Of a stretch of DNA of 64,000 bases, positions 1 to 11,394 are shown piece by piece. Within the stretch, counting starts at the first letter, position 1, and every line of letters begins with the position of its first letter. A program made the position numbers and the translations under genes. The stretch is from Macrostomum lignano (lineage: Eukaryota): contig NIVC01001371.1 of assembly GCA_002269645.1 (NCBI GenBank), positions 238,930 through 302,929 of the forward strand, read 5' to 3'. The notes beneath the pieces were generated by a model. The model had not been told where the DNA came from. It worked only from the letters and a program-made list of their open reading frames with translations, and did no database searches.

Positions 1-42
1 AGCAATCATGGAACACAGCTACATGTGGAGGGTTCGAACATT

Positions 43-215
43 GCCGCAGTCATTTTGCTGGCAGTCAAATTGCCGCAGTCATTTTGCTGGCAGTCAAATT
101 GCCGCAGTCATTTTGCTGGCAGTCAAATTGTCGGCAGTCATTTTGTCGGCAGTCAAATTGCTCGGCAGTCATTTTGCTGGCAGTCAAATTGCGGCAGTCA
201 AATTGTGGCAGTCAA
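43..215. repeat. Intronic minisatellite, ~29-bp unit gccgcagtcattttgctggcagtcaaatt
   Basis: About 5-6 tandem copies visible, in a Sec24 intron. Confidence 0.9.
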
Positions 216-408
216 TTGTCGTAGACCCCTAAGAGACAGTTGCTACTAAGTTGGTTGCTAAGAGACCGTTGCTACTGGGTCGGTTGCTAAGGAGAGCGTT
301 ACTAGTGGGTTTTGGGTAAGTTGCTAATTCAAGTACAGCAAAAGTTTCATTCGTAGGATTGCAACAAAAAATCAGATTACGGGCGCAGCCCCCCACAAAA
401 AAATTCAC

Positions 409-3400
409 CTCGGCCAAAGCAGCCGCTCTTTCGTCCAGCTGTCCGACACTGGGCCGGAATGCGGGCCACTTGAGCAGCGCCAGGATCAGCAGCGGCAGCA
501 GTCGAATGCCGGGAGGCGACCAGAGGCCACCGGCGCCGCGCTGCCCGGTGGCCCGAGCGTAGGCGGCCAGCGGATCGGCTGCGGCGTTCACCAGCGCGTC
601 GCGAGAGTCCGACAGGCGGCTGGCGCCGGTTATGATGCGCTCTGCGCCGATTTGCGCCAGAAGGCCGATAATCTTTAATGACAAGATTCGATTTTGATAA
701 TTCGGTTAGGTGAATCGGCTGTTAGGATTTGGTGAATGGCTGTTTACAAATTTGGTGAATGGACTGTGTTACGATTTGGTGAATGGCTGTTTACAAATTT
801 GGTGAATGGACTGTGTTACGATTTGGTGAATGGCTGTTTATGATTTGGTGAATGGCTGTTTATGATTTGGTGAATGGCTGTTTATGATTTGTTGAATGGC
901 TGTTTACCATTTGGTGAATGGCTGTTTATGATTTAGTAAATGGCTGTTTACGATTTGGTGAATGGCTGTTTACGATTTGGTGAATGGCTGTTTATGATTT
1001 GGTGAATGGCTATTTATGATTGAGTGAGTGGCTGTTTATGATTTGGTGAATGGCTGTTTACATTTGGTGAATGGCTGTTTACATTTGGTGAATGGCTGTT
1101 TACATTTGGTAAATGGCTGTTTATGATTTGGTGAATGGCTGTTTATGATTTGGTAAATGGCTGTTTATGATTTGGTGAATGGCTGTTTATGATTTGGTAA
1201 ATGGCTGTTTACATTTGGTAAATGGCTGCTTAGGATTTGGTGAATGGCTGTTTATGATTTGGTGAATGGGCTGTTTACATTTGGTGAATGGCTGTTTATG
1301 ATTTGGTGAATGGGCTGTTTACATTTGGTGAATGGCTGTTTATGATTTGGTGAATGGGCTGTTTACATTTGGTAAATGGCTGTTAATGATTTGGTGAATG
1401 GCTATTTATGATTGAGTGAATGGCTGTTTATGATTGAGTGAATGGCTATTTATGATTGAGTGAATGGCTATTTATGATTGAGTGAATGGCTGTTTATGAT
1501 CCAAGTTGCCTGAAAACGGCAGTCACGCTATCACAGCAGCTTTGAACTTAAAAATGTCTCACCGCCCGCTGGTCGGACCCGGCGAACACATCCTCAATCC
1601 GGGTAGCAACCGGTAGTCCCAGCGTGTGCACTCTGATCCTCCGCTCGCCCTTCCGCCCAGTGTACAGCAGAGCGGCCTGGAACACCACCGGCTCGCTGGC
1701 GCCCGCGGTCCCGGCGCCATCGCCGACAGCCAGCTGGATGGCGAATCCGGCGTCCGGACTGGCGCAGGGCAGCGCCGCCAAGTCGGTGGCGCGAACGAAA
1801 CAGGAGCCGTAGAAGGCGGCCACGCTGTAGCCGTTTGAGCAGCGGACCCGGAGCACAGCCTGGAGAAATGGGGCGATTCTGGGGTGGTTCAGGGCGATTC
1901 CTGGGCTGGTTCAGGACGATTCCTGGGCTGGTTCAGGGCGATTCCTAGGCTGGTTCAGGACGATTCCTGGGGTGGTTCAGGGCGATTCCTGGGCTGGTTC
2001 AGGACGATTCCTAGGGTGGTTCAGGGCGATTCCTAGGGTGGTTCAGGGCGATTCCTAGGGTGGTTCAGGGCGATTCCTAGGGTGGTTCAGGGCGATTCCT
2101 AGGGTGGTTCAGGGCGATTCCTAGGGTGGTTCAGGACGATTCCTAGGGTGGTTCAGGGGCGATTCATAGGATGGTTCAAGGGCGATTTTAGGGTGATTCA
2201 GGGCGATTCTTGGCCTCCAAAGCAATTCCTCAAAGCTATAGCAGAGACCTCTAATCCCAGCTTGCGAGTGAGATGCCGGCCAAGATCCGAGGCCAGCCGG
2301 TCCGCATCGTCGGGCAGGTGCGGATAGCGGTGCACCCGGCCGGAGGAGTACACGGCTATGGGCATGACCGAGGCCAGGTCAGTGTGACCGGGCCCGACGC
2401 AGAACAGATCAACAGACAGCTGGGCGCTGCAACAGTCTAACGCCAGGCGCTTGTAATAGTCAGTGGCTGGCTGGCCAGCCAAGTCGTCCGAGTCTGATCC
2501 GGCCGGACCGGACAAGGCGCCGGGTCCGACTGACGGACGGGAGGCCAGAAACAACAGTAGACGGCCGCCGCTGGACTGGGCGAGTCTGAATACGAGTAAA
2601 TTGACCGATGTGTACTACTGGCAGTAGGCGGCGACGAAAAGTAAAAAACTGACAGAGATTGACCTATCAACAAGAGACACAAGCCAGTCTACAGGAGACA
2701 CAATGACCAAGCAGCCAGAGACACAGGCCAATCTACAAGAGACACAAGCCAGTCTACAAGAGACGCAATGACCAAGCAGCCAGAGACACAGAGAGACACA
2801 CAAGAGAGACACAATGACCAAGCAGCCAGAGACACACAGGCCAATCTACAAGAGACACAAGCCAGTCTACAGGAGACACAATGACCAAGCAGCCAGAGAC
2901 ACAGGCCAAGCTACAAGAGACACAAGCCAGTCTACAAGAGACGCAATGACCAAGCAGCCAGACACACAGGCCAATCTACAAGAGACACAAGCCAATCTAC
3001 AAGAGACGCAATGACCAAGCAGCCAGAGACACAGGCCAAGCTACAAGAGACACAAGCCAGTCTACAAGAGACGCAATGACCAAGCAGCCAGACACACAGG
3101 CCAATCTACAAGAGACGCAATGACCAAGCAGCCAGAGACACAGAGAGACACACAAGAGAGACACAATGACCAAGCAGCCAGAGACACAGGCCAAGCTACA
3201 AGAGACACAATGATCAGCAACCAGACCAGAGACACAAGCCAATCTACAAGAGAAACAATGACCAAGCAGCCAGAGACACAAGCCAAGCTACAAGAGACAC
3301 AATGATCAAGCAACCAAAGACACAAGCCAATCTACAAGAGACACAATGACCAAGCAGCTAGAGACACACAGGCCAATCTTTAAGACAGACCTGTGAGCTA

Positions 3401-6143
3401 TGGCCAACGCCGATCCCAGACAGCAGCCGGGCACCGCAGGGAACTCCAATTCGGGCAGCGATTCCAACAATTCAACGATGGCGTCGCGACATTCGGCCAC
3501 GGTTACTAGAAGACCTTCGGGCATTGGTAGGTCCGAATCGCCGTCCAGATCAGGCATGGCCAGCAGGCTGGGACGGGGTCCGTCCAGTTTGTACAGGTGC
3601 AGAACGCCGTTGAAGGTGATGACGGCCAGCTGGGTGCGGGTGTCGCCTGGCAGACGGTCCAGACAGCGAAGCAGAGTCTGACTAACCGCAGTCAGGTAGG
3701 CAGTAGCCGACTTGGCAACGGCCGGGTCTGGCGACAGAACCTGGGACACGTCCAGCGCCAGGATGTAGGTTGCGGGCGGCGGCGGCCGAACAGAATACTC
3801 CTGGGTGGCGATGAATTCCACTGTGCCGTTGCGAATCTCTGGCCGACGGCTCGGGTCGCCGTAGGTCTGCGAGGGCAATAGGTTTCCAGCGGAGCAGTTG
3901 TCTTAAAACTACTCGGGACCAAAATATGAGTTCGTACTGGTCTAGGTGATTCTCTAGAGTGGCTGGGGGTCTGCAAACTTTTTTACCTCAAGGGCCAGAT
4001 AAAGAATTCAGCTCATGGCTGCGGGCTGAGAAGAGGCACAAACATTGAGCGTGCCGGATTGCTATTGTGAAGTTTCAAAGGACCCGAGGGACAGATAAAG
4101 GGATAAAGGCTAGTTTTCTATCCATTCTAAATGTATAATGTGGCATCCCGCCGATCTCTGATTGGTGTAGAACGAGTGACAGAACTTGATATAGGTACAA
4201 TAGAACATTTATATATAAATACCGTATATGCATAAAAGCGTTGATCTTAAAGCATTTAAGCGCGTATTATTTTTTACAAAGGTTTCTGCGAAAGTAAAAG
4301 TCTGCCTTACCTGGGATATGGGATCATAAAGAAACTCTTCTGGCAAATCGTTGTCAAGAAAGCAGAGACTGCAGCGCCACCTCTGTTGGCTGGAGAAGCG
4401 CACGAAAGGATTAATATAGGCCCGGCAATCTCGGCAGCGAACGATGACGTTGGCCTGAATGATTGCCAGGCTGCGCAGATCCTTAAACGGGTGCATTGCC
4501 AGGCCTAACGGTAGGCGAGATCGGCGCAACAACTCGGCAGTGGCCGGCACGGCGTTCATTGTGCAGGACATGACATCCGGATTGCAGTTGGCCTCAGCCG
4601 GGAACGAATGGCCCAACGGCGGCGGAGCGACCGTCTCTATGGGCTCGGAGCCGTGCGTCCGCAGCAGCTGCCGGTCGCGCAGAAGATTCACTGAGTTTTC
4701 GCGATGCTGAGCGCTTGCAGTCGACCACTGCGGCTGCTGAAGCGTCGGCGGCGAAGTCATTTGTCGAGGCATCGGTCCAACGGGCAGCGGCGGCGTCGGC
4801 GCTACGAATGGCATTGGTGCTGGCGGCGCGGGGACAAATGAAGGGGGCGAAGGTGCGGCTGCAGATATTGGATGCATCGGCGGTTCTGGAGGTCCAATAG
4901 GCCGATGGCCAGGTGCCGTTGAGCTCGATGGCATCATAGGAGGTGGCGGAGGTCCAACAGGTTGATGGCCAGGTTGCGGAGGTCCAACAGGTTGATGGCC
5001 AGGTGGCGGAGGTCCAACAGGTTGATGGCCAGGTGGCGGAGGTCCAACAGGTTGATGGCCAGGTGCCGTTGAGCTCGATGGCATCATAGAAGGTGGCAGA
5101 GGTCTAACAGGTTGATGGCTAGGTGCCGTTGAGCTCGATGGCATCATAGGAGGTGGCGGACATCCAACAGGTTGATAGCCAGGTGCCGCTGAGCTCGATG
5201 GCATCATAGAAGGTGGCAGAGGTCTAACAGGTTGATGGCTAGGTGCCGTTGAGCTCGATGGCATCATAGGAGGTGGCGGACATCCAACAGGTTGATAGCC
5301 AGGTGCCGCTGAGCTCGATGGCATCATAGGAGGTGGCGGACATCCAACAGGTTGATAGTCTGGTGCCGTTGAGTTCGATGGCATCATAGAAGGTGGCGGA
5401 CATCCAACAGGTTGATAGCCAGGTGCCGCTGAGCTCGATGGCATCATAGGAGGTGGCGGACATCCAACAGGTTGATAGCCAGGTGCCGCTGAGCTCGATG
5501 GCATCATAGGAGGTGGCGGACATCCAACAGGTTGATAGCCAGGTGCCGTTGAGCTCGATGGCATCATAGGAGGTGGCAGAGGTCCAATAGGTTGATAGCC
5601 AGGTGCTGCTGAGCTTGATGGCATCATTGAGGACTGTGGACCTACATATCGATGGTCAGGTGTTGCTGAGCTACCAATTCTCATCTGGTGTACCTGAGAC
5701 GTCAAGTTTGCAGCTGCTGTCTGAGTTGAAGGCACTTCAAATGGTGAAACTTGAGGTGGTTGTCTCAACTGAGAAGGGTGTGGAGCTGACACTGAGGAAG
5801 ATGTTGATGGACAAGGCATTGAACTTTTTGGCAAATGACTTTGCAAAGGCAATGGAGGTGCAGCCATACCTGCTTGTGCAGATGAGGAATTCAGACCATG
5901 CAAGTTCATCTGATTGGGCTGATTAGACAACATAGACCTCACAGGTGTTGGATGCAATAAAGAGCCATGAGGAAGTTGTAATGGAGGTGTAGAGGCAAAA
6001 ATAGGCCTTGTAGGGTTAGCTGATGTTTGACTTGGCTGAATTTTAGGCATAGTTTCAATAGGCATAAATGATCTAGCTGGCTGAGCTTGAGCAGATGACA
6101 ATTGAAGGCTCCCATTGGGTTTTGTTGGTTGCTTTGGCTGCAT
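409..6143 (-). CDS. SEC24: COPII coat subunit Sec24 (SEC24A/B-like), 3' end outside window; exons 6143-4311, 3866-3391, 2585-2249, 1859-1563, 672-409
   Basis: Zinc finger RCRDCRAYINPF...WRCSLC, trunk domain (YILALDVS, YYKRLALDC), beta-sandwich (EAVLRVRCS, GERRIRVHTL) and helical domain (LSDSRDALVNA, LDER) match Sec24A/B motifs. All four internal introns are GT-AG and splice in frame (phases 0,2,0,0); a fifth donor follows at 408. Confidence 0.95.
712..1500. repeat. Intronic minisatellite, ~22-bp unit atttggtgaatggctgtttatg
   Basis: Roughly 35 tandem copies filling Sec24 intron 673-1562. Confidence 0.95.
1871..2212. repeat. Intronic minisatellite, 22-bp unit gggcgattcctagggtggttca
   Basis: About 15 copies filling Sec24 intron 1860-2248. 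Confidence 0.95.
2667..3380. repeat. Intronic compound minisatellite built from 21-23-bp subunits (acacaggccaagctacaagag / acacaagccagtctacaagag / acgcaatgaccaagcagccagag)
   Basis: Tandem units fill Sec24 intron 2586-3390; the overlapping ORFs are repeat artefacts. Confidence 0.9.
3963..4090. mobile_element. Truncated hAT-family MITE (family shared with 11395, 15089 and 45959)
   Basis: ggggtctgcaaactt terminus plus internal ccggattgctattgtgaagtttcaaaggacccgaggg, shared with the other copies. Confidence 0.75.
4890..5630 (-). repeat. Coding minisatellite in Sec24 exon 1: about eleven 60-bp units (PPPMMPSSSAAPGYQPVGCP) plus three 30-bp units (PPGHQPVGPP)
   Basis: In-frame repeats within the 644-aa ORF 4209-6143. 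Confidence 0.9.
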
Positions 6144-7299
6144 TCCTCTTATATCTATAGTCTAGATTATATGAATAGCTTTCTGAAAAGTGAATTTATG
6201 TTTTTTAATCTAGAGTATAAGTTGTTTCTTTAATCTATGAGATGAACAATTATTATTTCATAATTTAAAACCATTTCTACTTGTGCTGTATAATTTGATA
6301 TATTTGCACTAGCCTAGGCCTAGGTTTCCCTGTTAGAATTTTTGCTCAAAATGCATAGACGAAAATTAGGATTTTAATATTTATAGTCCCTAATTAAAAG
6401 GGGATGGCAATAAACCTATTGGTTATTATAATTTTGAGCTACTTTACTATGTAAGGGCCTATCACACAATGCCATAATTGGTGTAATGTAGACTAAAGTA
6501 CTATAAAACCTTGGTGAAATGCAATATAATAGAAAGGCAATAGACATATAAATGTCAGTTTTTTATCAAACTAAATTGTTTGTATAATGCAACATGCCAT
6601 GCTACAGCCTAGCACCCTAGTGCAATAATCTTTAGCATGATATGACAAGTGACTAATTAAGTATATGAATAATTTATATAATACTAATCAATTAATCTAT
6701 CTATGAAAAAGAGGATATAAAAATTATTTTCAACAAGAGTGATATTCACATTCACTTCAGTTTGTATTACAATTTTTTCTATAAAATATACCATGTTTAT
6801 CATAAAGTAAATTTTTTTGCTTCAAATCTTAGATTAACTTAACCGATCAAATCAAAGGAGTTGTAAGAACCTTTCAGTTGAATAGTTTCGAGGTCCAAAA
6901 GGGTCTGTCAACTTAGGCTCATAAAGTGGAGCCCGACACCCAAGAAACATTATGTACATTGTACACAAATGATACGCCATTCTGCTCACAGTGACACCAG
7001 AAAGCTGGACTTAAGAAAAAAATTACAAAAATTGAACCTGGGATAAAAGAGAACAATCAAGGGGACAATTAGGGACTCCACCTGATAAGCTTAAGACAGT
7101 TTACATGATGATGATAGTAATCATTATTCTTAGAAATTATACTTTTTAAACTAGAAAATATCTTTAGCAGCAACAGGTAAATTAGACTGAAATTATTATT
7201 GACAAAACATTTTTTAAATACCTTAAGATTTTTTCAGATATTATATTTATTGATGGACAAACAAATAAAATTTTTGTTTTAGCCAACAATTTCAATTAT

Positions 7300-7480
7300 A
7301 AAACCGTTGGAAATTTACTACGATTTTTTTGTGAAGGCCTAGTGAAGTGGGCTGATTGGCAAATCCAGGGGCCATAGTCCTCTCAGCTAGGATCGAAATA
7401 AATCGCCGCATTTTTTCTTCTTCTGACGAATTTTGACCTAATTTATACTACTTTTAGTCGCTTTTCGAATGTCGTACTAA
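7300..7480. promoter_or_regulatory. Candidate bidirectional promoter of Sec24 and NF-YB, with reverse CCAAT box (gctgattggc, 7351-7360)
   Basis: About 9 CpG in ~180 bp inside an otherwise CpG-poor region between head-to-head genes; NF-Y consensus CTGATTGGY present. Confidence 0.4.
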
Positions 7481-8050
7481 GGCCAAGGGCCTATACTATA
7501 TTTGTTGCTTATTCTACTATACTAGGTCTAGGTGGGCCTAATTCTAATTGTTTTGCATCATAATCGTTTTGGAATTTTTTTTTAATTTGATTTTTTATGC
7601 ATATTGGCAAGTTATAAAACCTTTATTTAAATATATAGCATTTAGTAAATTAAATTGACAATTTTTTAAACTAGCCTAAGGGTAAGGGTAAAGATTTAAG
7701 TTATTATTAATTAGGACTAATTTAACTAATAAAATTTAGTTAATATTAGTTATTTAGTCAGGTAAATTTAATTGAAAGATTTTAATATTATAATTGAGAC
7801 AAAATTGGCTAGGCCTAGGCCTATAAAAAATTTCTTAATCTCATCAAATAAGATTGCTAAAAATAATATAATATTTTGTCTTTAGTTTTATAATTTAAGG
7901 CTAACTTAATTTAGTTTAGTAACTGCAATTAATTATAATTTAGTTTGGTTTAAGATAGGGTTTAAAAAACTTTTTTATCTATAAGGCAAAATAGAGAACC
8001 AAATATTTGATTGATAATTGTAAGCTAGTGTAAGAAAGAGAAAGAGAAAA

Positions 8051-8761
8051 GGCAATCTTCAAGTTTCGTTCGTTAAATTATTTTTTCAATGATTTCTGAA
8101 CTATCTTGCTCTGAGATGATTATTTTCGAGCTCTCCAGTGTACCCAGCCCTTTTCTAGCTGAGAAAGTAGCAGTTTTGTTAATATTATATATCTAATGTA
8201 CTGTAAAGCCGTTAGTAGGCAAAGGAATGTCTATGGCCCATATTACGATAACGTAATGATGACGTGGCTTTCACTGACATGGCATTTTAGCAAAGAACGT
8301 CTATGGGGAATAAAGATGCTACTGTACGTGTACGCAGCTTTAGGAGTGGCATGGAGTAATATCATAAGCAGTTAATAGACAAGCAGCTAATACACTATAA
8401 GACTGACGGCTACACTTGGGCTTGCACCAACTGCCATGCGCAGGTGTCCATCCAAAAGGGGTCCTTTTTTGAACGGAATCACCTCAAGCTATGTCAGCTA
8501 CTGGACCTCATCTGCCCCTGTTGTACCCCACTGTGTTATTATTTTTGTCTGTTTGTACTCAGTGTTACATGTTAGCTTTGCTTGTTTGCATCTTATATTT
8601 CTGGCTTTATGGTACCTTAGAGGTTAATATTAACAAAGCTGCTACTTTCTCAGCTCGGAAAGAGCTGGGTACACTGGAGAGCTCGAAAATAATCATCTCA
8701 GAGCAAGATAGTTCAGAAATCATTGAAAAAATAATTTAATGAATGAAACTTGAAGATTGCC
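8051..8761 (+). mobile_element. Non-autonomous Merlin/IS1016-like DNA transposon with a transposase zinc-finger remnant
   Basis: ~160-bp TIRs starting GGCAATCTTCAAG; 8-bp flanks agagaaaa/agagaaga; interior translates to DGYTWACTNCHAQVSIQKGSFFERNHLKLCQLLDLI, resembling the Merlin/ISXO2 N-terminal motif. Confidence 0.75.
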
Positions 8762-9766
8762 AGAGAAGAGACATAAGAAATAGGTAAGAAAGGAAAAACA
8801 TAACAATGTAAAAAGTGAGAAGACTAGGGGATAAGAGAAAAAAAGCAAAAAAGGAAAGAAAAGAGAAAAAAGAAAAAAAAGAAAGTGTAGATTAGAAAAC
8901 AAAGAGCTAAGAAGAAAGGCAAATCTTGAATAAGCCTGATTCCCATTGTAACATTTCAAAGGACTTAAAGGCTAGATAGAATGGCTTTGTAAGCTGCATA
9001 TGGCCTATAGGCTAGTCTGCTGACCCTTAGACTTGGTCTATGTTGGCATGGCCTAATGATGATTTCCTATTTAATATTCCTTTAACCTTTAATGTCTTTT
9101 TTGCTTTTTATAATAAGGCTTTCAGTTTTTACATGATAAATTGGTTTCTTTGTCTAATCCTAAAAGAATAAAAAAGAGGATGAAATTACTACAAGAGAAT
9201 ACAATACAATATTTAGGTAGTTAAATAGATATTTAAGGTATTAAATATTTAGATATAAAATATTTAGTAAAATATTTAGGTTTATCAATATAGGTAGGCC
9301 TAATGATATATAGTATATATATTTGGCAAAAATTCAATCAAAATTGGTCAAGAATTGCAATCTCTAGAGCATTATAGACAAGTAAACATACAAACAATAT
9401 TAGAGATTTAGTATAACTTTAGTATAACTTTGTTAGTTATTTTAGAAGTCCCATCATAATACTTCTATTGGTTTATTAGGCACTTGATAAGACAACCTTA
9501 GTCTAAAAGTTATTTCTATTCATGGTTGACAAAGTAACCAGTGTTATATCTTAAATCTTAGGTGAATGTTTTTTATATCACAATTGTGTGTCTCTAGAGT
9601 TGACAATTTATTTCAAAAAAATAAAGAGACAAACCTATGGCTTATGGAATCTATATATGTAATGTTTGTTTTCCATGGATATAATTCTGAGATGTCCTTG
9701 TAACTGTAGTTGGCATAATATCCCACTGCAGCTTGTTGCCATATGCTATACAAACACAAATTTCAG

Positions 9767-10303
9767 GACTCAGACGAGCACTCTGGCTCCGGGTTTGGGG
9801 CAACGCCAGGCGCGACAGCCAACCCTGGAGGAGGCGGTCTGGACGATGGCCGACCAATTGGCCGGTGCTCGCCAATCCGGGACCAGGACCGCTTCCTGCC
9901 CATTGCCAACATATCGAAGATTATGAAGCGAACAATACCGGAGACTGGCAAAATCACTAAAGAGGCGAAAGAGTGCGTGCAAGAGTGTGTGTCCGAGTTT
10001 ATCTCCTTTGTCACGTCCGAAGCGTCCGACAGATGCCAGGAGGAGAAGCGGAAGACAATGAACGGCGAGGACATCCTGACGGCGATGCAGGCTGTCGGCC
10101 TAGACAGTTACATTGAGCCGCTGAAAGTCTACCTGATGAAGTATCGGGAGGCCAATAAATTGGAGGCGGCCAACGAACGGGCCGCCAATCCGCAGGGCGG
10201 CGGCGGCACCGGAGCAGCGGGCGGAGCCAGCGGCGGTGGCGGTGACGACGGCGCTGTGGGTGGAGGCGGAGCCGGCGGCACCGTGTTTGTCTCTTTCAAC
10301 TGA
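9767..10303 (+). CDS. NFYB: Nuclear transcription factor Y subunit beta (histone-fold, CBF-A)
   Basis: [17 protein letters not shown]...[38 protein letters not shown] is the NF-YB core. The exon begins at acceptor tttcag|GAC; the in-frame ATG at 9743 is probably intronic. Confidence 0.95.
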   Translation, partial: DSDEHSGSGFGATPGATANPGGGGLDDGRPIGRCSPIRDQDRFLPIANISKIMKRTIPETGKITKEAKECVQECVSEFISFVTSEASDRCQEEKRKTMNGEDILTAMQAVGLDSYIEPLKVYLMKYREANKLEAANERAANPQGGGGTGAAGGASGGGGDDGAVGGGGAGGTVFVSFN

Positions 10304-10662
10304 CAGATGCAGGCAGCCTTCCTGTTCCCTCCCTTGCTCCTCCTTAATGTTTCTGCCAATTGTCAAAAGCACCTTTATTACAATAAAAATATTACAAAAA
10401 TCGGGTGGGCCGCTCAGCAGATTTGCTTACATGCTACTACTGTCAGTTCAGTAGAAAGCTAAATAGAACCTTATTTAATTTACGAAATACTTCAGCACCG
10501 GAACCTATTTGACCCTATTACCCGCCAGCTGAACCCTGCGACCGCCTTTTGCCACACAAATTTTCTGCCCCGCCGCTAATGTACATGAGATTCAGCCAAT
10601 GTACATTTTACTTAATTGCTACTCAGGCAATAGTAATAGAGAATCTGTTTTTTCCCAAAGGA

Positions 10663-10968
10663 GGGGTTGTAGCTTAGTGGTTAGAGCGTCGGACTCACGA
10701 CTGATAGATAGGTCGGGGGTTCGATTCTTGACCCACTCGGAACAATTTGTGTCCTTGAGCAAGACACTTAACTCTGCATTGCTTCAGTTCACCCAGCTGT
10801 AAAATGGGTGCCAGCATTAGCTGGGGTAATTGAGGCTGTGTGGCGACCCCCCAGTCCTTGGACTGAACAGCCGTACGCAGCCTTCAGATGCGCCGCGCAA
10901 TAGCTGCGGCTGAGCTGTTTATTGCACATCTGCCCATTGGGGCAGGTGTAATCAAATATTATTAATTT
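10663..10968 (+). mobile_element. tRNA-derived CORE-SINE, full length
   Basis: A box tagcttagtgg, B box ggttcgattc, MIR/CORE-like block tgtgtccttgagcaagacacttaac...cagctgtaaaatggg, 3' hairpin acatctgccc-attg-gggcaggtgt, AT-rich tail. Confidence 0.9.
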
Positions 10969-11394
10969 TATTACAATTAATATTTTACCAAGCAAATACG
11001 CCTAAGTGGCCCATCTAGTTATGTGGTGGCTATTTATAGGAAGGATGAAATGATAAATAATATTTCTGGTTAGTAGTATATGAGATGTTTTGCGTAAGAT
11101 TCTTAGGATCTTAACAGAAACCATCCCAGAGTCAGAAGAAAGCATAAATGAAAGGCACTTCTAGGTTTTTGGCTAGCTGGTGATGTACAAAGGAAATTCA
11201 TCAGACTTAAGTGCTTGACATTTTTATAGTTGAATTGAAACTATTTAATTTAATTTGTTTTATAAAATTCTGAGCTGCTACCTGCTAGTGAATTCTAATT
11301 AGTGTTTACCCTGCTACTTCCACTGACTTGCTATGCACACTCATTAGTACATATATACACTCTAATAATCACGCTAAACTCCATTCGTTTAAAT

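Noticed and set aside
4209-4310. ORF-track C-terminal extensions of Sec24 exons (e.g. VRQTFTFAET...)
   Set aside because: Read-through past GT donors; homology resumes in the next exon in the correct phase.
5603-5926. Plus-strand 107-aa ORF and other antisense ORFs over Sec24, NF-YB, FAM78 and hnRNP K
   Set aside because: Shadow frames of real coding sequence.
10663-10740. tRNA gene
   Set aside because: A and B boxes are present but there is no convincing cloverleaf; it continues into the SINE body and recurs in six copies.
10850-10968. Hammerhead ribozyme in the SINE 3' part, by analogy with schistosome SINE-like repeats
   Set aside because: I found no CUGANGA plus GAAA catalytic core on either strand.
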